Source: Desulfobulbaceae bacterium
GTDB lineage: Bacteria; Desulfobacterota; Desulfobulbia; Desulfobulbales; SURF-16
Length of the DNA: 64,000 nucleotides
Direction: 5' to 3'
NCBI GenBank assembly: GCA_024637145.1
Contig: JAGXFQ010000040.1
Coordinates: 37,948-101,947, forward strand
The position numbers were made by a program, and so were the translations under genes. Below, one piece after another: positions 57,994 to 64,000 of this stretch (its first letter is position 1; every line of letters starts with the position of its first letter). The notes beneath the pieces are model-generated. The model worked only from the letters and a program-made list of their open reading frames with translations. It was not told where the DNA came from and did no database searches.

Positions 57994-58224
57994 ATGGCAG
58001 AATTAGCAGGCGTTAAAATCAAAAATGAGCAGGCTTCCCTGACAAAGAGCCCGCAGCGGGCCGCTAAGAGTGAGGATATGAGTCTTGCCGGCATGACGGT
58101 TGTGGTAACCCTTGCCAGCTTTATGGGCCTCTGGGGCCTGGCCTGTCTGGTCTCCGGGCTGGTGCACAGCGACGGTCTCCTTGCCTTGGGCACTTCCTGG
58201 CTCACGGCTGTTTTCGGCTTCTAG
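57994..58224 (+). CDS. Small membrane protein
   Basis: RBS GGAG; GLWGLACLVSGL..W.TAV.G. Confidence 0.8.
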   Translation: MAELAGVKIKNEQASLTKSPQRAAKSEDMSLAGMTVVVTLASFMGLWGLACLVSGLVHSDGLLALGTSWLTAVFGF

Positions 58225-58421
58225 TACTCCGTAAAACTTAAATGTATGTGTAGAATTTCGTTATTGTATTCGAACCACAAAGACACGAAGGCACAAAGAA
58301 AAAACATAAAAACAAGAAGCTCTTCGTGTCTTTGTACCCCTCAAGGGGGTATTAAAAAGAATGCCTTTGTGGTTAAAGGCAGAGTTACATAAATATACGA
58401 AACTTTAAGTGATACACTGCA
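58225..58421. mobile_element. MITE family A, copy 3 (197 bp)
   Basis: CTAG at 58221-24 and 58422-25; reverse complement of 11221-11417. Confidence 0.85.
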
Positions 58422-58564
58422 CTAGGGCCAGCCGGCCCCTTTCTTGTTCATCCCCACGCCACCCCTGCCGTCTTTATACAGGAGAGTGCCCCTTGCTGGT
58501 CCGGGGCCCTTTCCTGCCCGACAATGGGCAACCTTTCCAGGGCAACACCAGGCCCTTGCTCAGG

Positions 58565-58704
58565 TTGCAATAATGCAACTATGCCCCGGGGCTACAGTTG
58601 CGGATATGCAACCATAGAGGCGCTTTCCTGGTCGCGGTTTCTCGTACAACATCTTGATTTTACATTACTTATTTTAAAAATAACGACCTGGCACACAAGA
58701 TGCT
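58565..58704 (+). promoter_or_regulatory. Paired enhancer sites, IHF site and sigma54 promoter
   Basis: TTGCAATAATGCAA (58565), TTGCGGATATGCAA (58598), IHF CAACATCTTGATT (58647), TGGCACACAAGATGCT (58689). Confidence 0.85.
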
Positions 58705-58783
58705 ACTGCAGCCTTATAAGGGTTTTTTTGACGGCAAAGGGCTGGGGGATACCAAGAAAATATTTAAGGAGCGCAGGAATAAA

Positions 58784-59878
58784 ATGAAAAAATTAAAAAA
58801 AAGAACAAGGTCCATGGGCATCGCTTTTCTTTTCGCCTTTTGGCTGTGGCCGGCCCTGGGCCTGGCCATGGATAATGGCGAATGTCTGGATTGTCATAAT
58901 GACGAAGGTCTGACCAGAGAGCAGGGCAGGGGCTCTCTCTTTGTTGATGCGGCACAATTCCACGATTCAGCCCACCATGGCCAGGGCATTATGTGCATTG
59001 ACTGCCATGCCGACATTGCGGAGCTCAATTATGATAACGACGTTCCCCATGCCAAAAATCTGGCCCCAGTGGCCTGCTCCTCCTGCCATGAGGCAGAGCA
59101 GGACGCCTTTGCCAACAGTGTGCATACCCAGATCAGCAGCAAGGGCATCACCATGACCTGCTACGCCTGCCATGATTATCATTATGCCACCCCTTTGGCC
59201 GCGGCATCCGTTGGCCAGCGGGATAATAATTTCTGCGCCAAATGCCATAATCCCTATCAGAGCCATGACTGGTTGCCCAAGAAAGAGGAACATTTCGCCT
59301 TTGTGGAATGTACGGTGTGCCATGTCCCTGAGGTCCAGCGCCACATCCACCTGAAGTTTTTCGATCTGGTCACCAACCAGTTTTATAAGGGCGAGGATAT
59401 CCTGGCCATCCTGGGTCTTGGCTCTGATCAGTTCATGCCCATGATCGACACCGACAACGATGGCACCATAAGCAGGCCTGAGTTTGAGATCTTGGAGCTC
59501 ATGCTCCGCCAGAAAAATGTCCATGCCATTTTCCATGCCGAGCTGGTGGCGGAGATGGCACCGGTGGCCCATCAGGTCATGAGAGGGGGGGCGGAAAGGA
59601 ACTGCGAGAAATGTCACACCGCTGAATCCCCCTATTTCGAGGCCGTATCCATTGTCCTCACCAAGGAGGATGGCGGTGTCGACCATCATCAGGTGGACCG
59701 GGGTGTTCTCAAGAGCTACAGCCTCAGCCATTTTTACCTCTATGCCGGCACCAGGGTGAAGCTCCTGGATATGATCGGCATACTCCTTATCGGCGGAGCG
59801 GGCTGCGGTGTGCTGGGCCATCTGGCCATCCGGATTGTCACCCTCCGCGGCCGCCGTCAGAAAAAGGAGAAATCGTAA
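58784..59878 (+). CDS. Membrane-anchored heptaheme cytochrome c with EF-hand-like loop
   Basis: Seven CxxCH (CLDCH, CIDCH, CSSCH, CYACH, CAKCH, CTVCH, CEKCH), DTDNDGTISRPE, C-terminal TM containing His. Confidence 0.92.
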   Translation: MKKLKKRTRSMGIAFLFAFWLWPALGLAMDNGECLDCHNDEGLTREQGRGSLFVDAAQFHDSAHHGQGIMCIDCHADIAELNYDNDVPHAKNLAPVACSSCHEAEQDAFANSVHTQISSKGITMTCYACHDYHYATPLAAASVGQRDNNFCAKCHNPYQSHDWLPKKEEHFAFVECTVCHVPEVQRHIHLKFFDLVTNQFYKGEDILAILGLGSDQFMPMIDTDNDGTISRPEFEILELMLRQKNVHAIFHAELVAEMAPVAHQVMRGGAERNCEKCHTAESPYFEAVSIVLTKEDGGVDHHQVDRGVLKSYSLSHFYLYAGTRVKLLDMIGILLIGGAGCGVLGHLAIRIVTLRGRRQKKEKS

Positions 59879-59988
59879 CCAGCCGCCGCAGGGCTGATGA
59901 GCGAAATTCAGCGCCCTGGCGACGGGAAAGAGACGGAAATCTGCCAACCGCATGGTTGCCATTAAATGGAAGAAGAGGAGGAACTGTG

Positions 59989-60606
59989 ATGAGCAAGAAA
60001 CTGATATACATCCACCCGGCCCCGGTCCGGGTCTGGCACTGGATCCAGGCAGCCGGCATTGTCCTGCTGGTTTTGACCGGCTTTCAAATCCGCTATGCCG
60101 AGATGGTGGGGATCATGGCTCTCAAAAATGCCATTACCCTCCATAATTATGTGGGTTTCGTGGTGATAGCCAACTATTTCCTCTGGCTCATCTATTATCT
60201 GGGCACCGGTAAGATCAAGATCTATTTCCCTGATCTGCGCACCTTTGTGCCCGATGCCTTCCGGCAGGCGAAGTATTATGGCTTTGGCATCTTCAAGGGG
60301 GACCCCAATCCCCATGTGATGACCCCTGACAACAAATTCAATGCCCTTCAGCAAAAGGCCTATCTGGGGTTGATGTTCCTGCTCTTGCCGGCCCAGATGA
60401 TCTCCGGGGTCTTTCTGTGGCGGGTCAAGGGGTATGCCGACTATGTCCATTACCTGGGTGGCATCAAGATCATTGACACCATCCATGTCATTCTCTTTTT
60501 CTTCTTCGCCGCCTTCCTCATTGCCCACTGCTACCTGGCCACCCTGGGCCATACCCCCCTGGCCCATTTAAAGGCCATGTTCACCGGTTATGAGGAGGAG
60601 CATTAA
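59989..60606 (+). CDS. Di-heme cytochrome b (hydrogenase cyt b / PhsC-like)
   Basis: RVWHW..TG, LHNYVG, KFNALQQ.AY, IH..HCYLAT.G. Confidence 0.92.
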   Translation: MSKKLIYIHPAPVRVWHWIQAAGIVLLVLTGFQIRYAEMVGIMALKNAITLHNYVGFVVIANYFLWLIYYLGTGKIKIYFPDLRTFVPDAFRQAKYYGFGIFKGDPNPHVMTPDNKFNALQQKAYLGLMFLLLPAQMISGVFLWRVKGYADYVHYLGGIKIIDTIHVILFFFFAAFLIAHCYLATLGHTPLAHLKAMFTGYEEEH

Positions 60607-60746
60607 CAGCCTGTTGAAAAAGGTAGCGAGCGCAGCTGAGGCAAGAAAAAATGAGGCGAAAAAGCGCAGTTTACATGTTGTAAATGAGCATTTTGAGCCG
60701 AATTTTGACGCAGCATCAGCAAGCGCAGTAGTTTTTCAACGGGCTG
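60607..60746. repeat. Repeat family B, long form, copy 2
   Basis: Near-identical to 26625-26764; starts right after the TAA stop. Confidence 0.85.
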
Positions 60747-60779
60747 TTAGGCAGAGAGCCAGAAAAGGCGAAAACCCAT

Positions 60780-60825
60780 AAAAAAGAGGCGTTGACTTCA
60801 GACTGGAAGTCAACGCCTCTTTTTT
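60780..60825. terminator. Bidirectional intrinsic terminator
   Basis: AAAAAAGAGGCGTTGACTTC-AGACTG-GAAGTCAACGCCTCTTTTTT. Confidence 0.8.
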
Positions 60826-60852
60826 ATGCTCGCCGCACGTTCCGGCCGGCGG

Positions 60853-63324
60853 TTATCTCTTTTTGGCCACTGGAAAGTCGATCTGGTACTTCTTCATCTT
60901 CCGCCACAGGGTGGTCTTTTCGATGCCCAGGTGGGCTGCGGTCTTGCCTCTGTTGCCGGCAAATTTCTGCAGGGCGGCCTGGATGGTGCTGGCTTCGGCA
61001 TTAGAGAGGGGGGTGGCTGTTTCTGCGGCCATGGCCGGCAGGGGCTCCTCCTGCAGGGATTCGCTGAACCCCTCAGGCAGGCACTCCGCCTCGATGACGC
61101 CGGCATGGCAGAGGACAAAACAATATTCAATGATGTTTTCAAGTTCCCGGATATTGCCGGGGAAATCATGGCGCATGAGAATGCTCACCACCTCCGGGGA
61201 GGCGGAATCGATGTTCTTTTGCTTCAGGTTGTTGAATTTACAAATAAAATGATCAACAAGGAGGGGGATGTCCTCCCTCCTCTCCGCCAGGGGCGGCAGA
61301 TTGATCTTGATGACATTGAGCCGGAAGAAGAGGTCTTCGCGGAAGATGCCCTGCTCAACAAGTTCCTGCAGGTTCTTATTGGTGGCGGCTAGGACCCGGA
61401 CATCCGACTTCACCGTGGTGGTACCCCCCAGCGGTTCATACTCCTTCTCCTGGAGAACGCGGAGAAGCTTGAGCTGCAGGGCCGGGGAAATGTCGCCGAT
61501 TTCGTCAAGGAAAAGGGTGCCTCCTTTGGCCAGGGCAAAGCGCCCTGGTTTGTCGGTCTTGGCCCCGGTAAAGGCCCCCTTCTTGTAGCCGAAGAGCTCC
61601 GATTCCAGCAGGGTGTCGGGCAGGGCCGCGCAGTTTAAGGCCACATACCTGCCCGCTCTTTCCGAGAGGGTATGGATGGCCTTGGCAAAAAGCTCCTTGC
61701 CGGAACCGCTGGGGCCCTCGATGAGCACGGTGCTGTCGCTTTTGGCGATATTAGGCAGGATGGCAAAGATATTCCGGATCTTGTGATTCTTGCTGATGAT
61801 GTCCTGGAAGCTGTATTTGTCGTTAATCTCCTTGCGCAGCTCTTCAAGGGCGGAGCAGTCGCGAAAGGTCTCAACGCCGCCCAGGGCAAGACCATCCTCG
61901 TCGCGCAGGGCAGAGGTGGTGACATTAATGGGAATCAGCCGCCCTTCTTTGTTGGTGATGGTGACCTTGAGATTGGTCACTTCATCACCGCTCGCCATGG
62001 ATTTCTTCAGGGCACAGGTATCTTTGCAGATGGTGGCCTTGAAAATATCATAACATTTCTGACCGATGGCCTCCCGCCTCTGGAAGCCGGTTATCTGTTC
62101 GGCAGCCAGGTTAAAGGAGGTGATGTGCCACTGCTTGTCCACGGTAAAGGCGCCGTCACCGATGGAGTTGAGAATGCAGTCGCTCAGGGAGAGATCCTTG
62201 CGCAGCCCCTCAAGGGTGGACGTGTCCCGGAAGATCTCCACCCCGCCCCTGATCGCCCCCTCCTCATTGCGCAGCACGCAGGTGTTGACTCGAATGGGCA
62301 CCTGGTCGCCCTCGATATCCTCGATGGTGACCTTGACGTCATGGACATCCAGGCCGGTTTCCATGGATTTTTTCAGGGCGCAGGATGATTTGCAGATATC
62401 GGCCCGAAAGACATCATAGCATTTCATGCCAATGGCCTTGGAGCGGTGGATGCCGGTGATGTCTTCCGCTGATTTGTTAAAGGAGGTGATGTGCCACTCA
62501 TGGTCCACAGAAAAGGCGCCGTCAGCAATGGAGTCAAGGACAATGTCGCTGAGGGAAATATCGCGCCGCAGTTTTTCCAGGGCCGAGATATCGCGGAAGG
62601 TCTCCACCCCGCCGATCACCTCAAATTTTTCGTTACGCAACACCGAGGTGGTGACCATGATGGGGACCTTGTCCCCCTCGATATCCTGAATGGTGACCTT
62701 GAGATTGGTAACATCGCGGCCGGTGGCAATGGACTGCTTCAGGGCGCACTCCGACATGCAGATATCGGCCTTGAAGACCTGGTAGCATTTCTGGCCGATG
62801 GCGTCGCTGCGGTGGATGCCGGTTATCTCCTCGGCCGCCTTGTTAAACGAGGTGATGCGCCAGTCATGGTCCACGGAAAAGGCGCCATCAGCGATGGATT
62901 CGAGAATACTATTGCTGAGGTTGTTTTGGTCCTGCGCAGGAGCGGTTTCTGCCGTGGGTCGGAAGGTTTCCACGCCGCCGGCAAACTCCCCTTCAGGGTC
63001 AAAGAGGGCAGTGGTGTAGGCAATCACGGGCAGCTCCAGGCCCAGACCATTATGTAAGGCGATATTGTGGCTTACCAGCTTTTCGCCAAGCTTTCGGGAC
63101 TGCTTGAGGGCGCAGGAGGATTGGCAGATGCTGGTCTGGAAGATGTCATAACATTTTTTGCCCACCACATCCCAGCGCTTGCGGCCGGTCATGCTTTCCG
63201 CCGCCCGGTTAAAGGAAGTAATGTTAAACACTTTGTCCACGGTAAAGGCGGGATCCGTAATGGAGTTGAGGGAGGTGCTGTTGAAGATGGTCGCGCTATT
63301 TTGGGGGACGGAGGGAGTATGCAT
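60853..63324 (-). CDS. Sigma54-dependent transcriptional activator with four tandem PAS domains
   Basis: Four ITSFN.AAE..TG..KCY..F...IC...CALK repeats; GPSGSGKE, GAFTGA, Fis HTH. Confidence 0.95.
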   Translation of the reverse strand: MHTPSVPQNSATIFNSTSLNSITDPAFTVDKVFNITSFNRAAESMTGRKRWDVVGKKCYDIFQTSICQSSCALKQSRKLGEKLVSHNIALHNGLGLELPVIAYTTALFDPEGEFAGGVETFRPTAETAPAQDQNNLSNSILESIADGAFSVDHDWRITSFNKAAEEITGIHRSDAIGQKCYQVFKADICMSECALKQSIATGRDVTNLKVTIQDIEGDKVPIMVTTSVLRNEKFEVIGGVETFRDISALEKLRRDISLSDIVLDSIADGAFSVDHEWHITSFNKSAEDITGIHRSKAIGMKCYDVFRADICKSSCALKKSMETGLDVHDVKVTIEDIEGDQVPIRVNTCVLRNEEGAIRGGVEIFRDTSTLEGLRKDLSLSDCILNSIGDGAFTVDKQWHITSFNLAAEQITGFQRREAIGQKCYDIFKATICKDTCALKKSMASGDEVTNLKVTITNKEGRLIPINVTTSALRDEDGLALGGVETFRDCSALEELRKEINDKYSFQDIISKNHKIRNIFAILPNIAKSDSTVLIEGPSGSGKELFAKAIHTLSERAGRYVALNCAALPDTLLESELFGYKKGAFTGAKTDKPGRFALAKGGTLFLDEIGDISPALQLKLLRVLQEKEYEPLGGTTTVKSDVRVLAATNKNLQELVEQGIFREDLFFRLNVIKINLPPLAERREDIPLLVDHFICKFNNLKQKNIDSASPEVVSILMRHDFPGNIRELENIIEYCFVLCHAGVIEAECLPEGFSESLQEEPLPAMAAETATPLSNAEASTIQAALQKFAGNRGKTAAHLGIEKTTLWRKMKKYQIDFPVAKKR

Positions 63325-63437
63325 GGGCACTATCCAGGCAGGGGGAGAGGAAGGGGCAGCTGTGACTATTTCATTAATTATTTAAGCACCGGGGCTGGAG
63401 AGGAAGCAAGGAAAAGCTGGCCCCTTTCTTTGTTTGT

Positions 63438-63484
63438 TTGCGGTTCTGCAATGCAAGTGCGAAGCGGCAATTGCAGATGCGCAA
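63438..63484. promoter_or_regulatory. Paired TTGCR-N4-YGCAA sites upstream of the activator gene
   Basis: TTGCGGTTCTGCAA (63438) and TTGCAGATGCGCAA (63471). Confidence 0.7.
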
Positions 63485-63625
63485 GCTTACGCCGTCATGA
63501 TGGCGGTCAAAAGGAGGGCCAGACCAGCGGCTCTGCTCGAGCAGTTGACAGCGGCGCCGCCCATTCCCTATAGTTAAATATCACTGCCCCCATGCGGGGC
63601 CATCAAGGGAATTGGAGCGTCAATC

Positions 63626-64000
63626 ATGACTGTGTATTCCACCATTCTTTTCGATTTCGGCGGGGTGCTCTCTGCCGAGGGTTTTCGCCACGGCCTTGAG
63701 GCCATCGGCCGCGAACAGGGGCTTGATCCCGCCGAGACCGTCCGCCTGGGGAAGGAAATCGTCTTCAACAGCGGCTATGTGGTGGGGGCGGCAGAGGAGG
63801 CCTCTTTCTGGGAGGCATTCCGGCGCCGCACCGGTATTACCGCTGCCGACCAAGAGCTGCGCCGCCAGATTCTCAACCGCTTTGTGCCTTTTCCCGAAAT
63901 GATGGCCGCCGTAAAGCGCCTCCGGGCGCTGGGCTTCACGCTGGCCATTGTCAGCGATCAGACCAATTGGCTGGACGAACTGGATGAGCGCCACCACTTC
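63626..64000 (+). CDS. HAD family hydrolase, runs off the window end (absent from the ORF track)
   Basis: MTVYSTILFDFGGVL..LAIVSDQ; RBS GGAG. Confidence 0.9.
   Translation, partial: MTVYSTILFDFGGVLSAEGFRHGLEAIGREQGLDPAETVRLGKEIVFNSGYVVGAAEEASFWEAFRRRTGITAADQELRRQILNRFVPFPEMMAAVKRLRALGFTLAIVSDQTNWLDELDERHHF

Overview
64-kb chromosomal window from a GC-rich sulfate/sulfur-reducing Desulfobacterota-like bacterium (inferred from rubredoxin, rubrerythrin, multiheme cytochromes, many sigma54 systems and typical intergenic repeats). 1-37.4 kb is mostly housekeeping, envelope and stress genes (hrpB end, mutS, amidase, rlmN, rnhA, hsp20, rbr, pepF, a TPI paralogue lacking its catalytic Glu, cytochrome c peroxidase, mltF, a ZraS/ZraR-like system with a sigma54 metal-stress operon). 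37.43-51.32 kb is a ~13.8-kb island bounded by a 38-bp direct repeat of the 3' end of tRNA-Arg(UCG). It holds a truncated integron integrase, an attI-like site and a decaying array of about 14 gene cassettes. Three attC positions are occupied by a 66-bp palindrome, one attC carries a CTAG-flanked MITE, and one cassette is broken by a RAYT-like transposase remnant. 51.4-55.3 kb is an ECF sigma/anti-sigma/outer-membrane-barrel cluster with repeated GGAACC-N16-CGT promoters and a secreted (DR)n protein. 56.4-63.5 kb is a self-contained sigma54 regulon: a four-PAS activator, paired TTGCA-N4-TGCAA sites at four intergenic regions, an AAA+-less PAS-HTH paralogue, and a 7-heme cytochrome c plus cytochrome b. 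All product calls come from reading motifs by eye; no database search was run.
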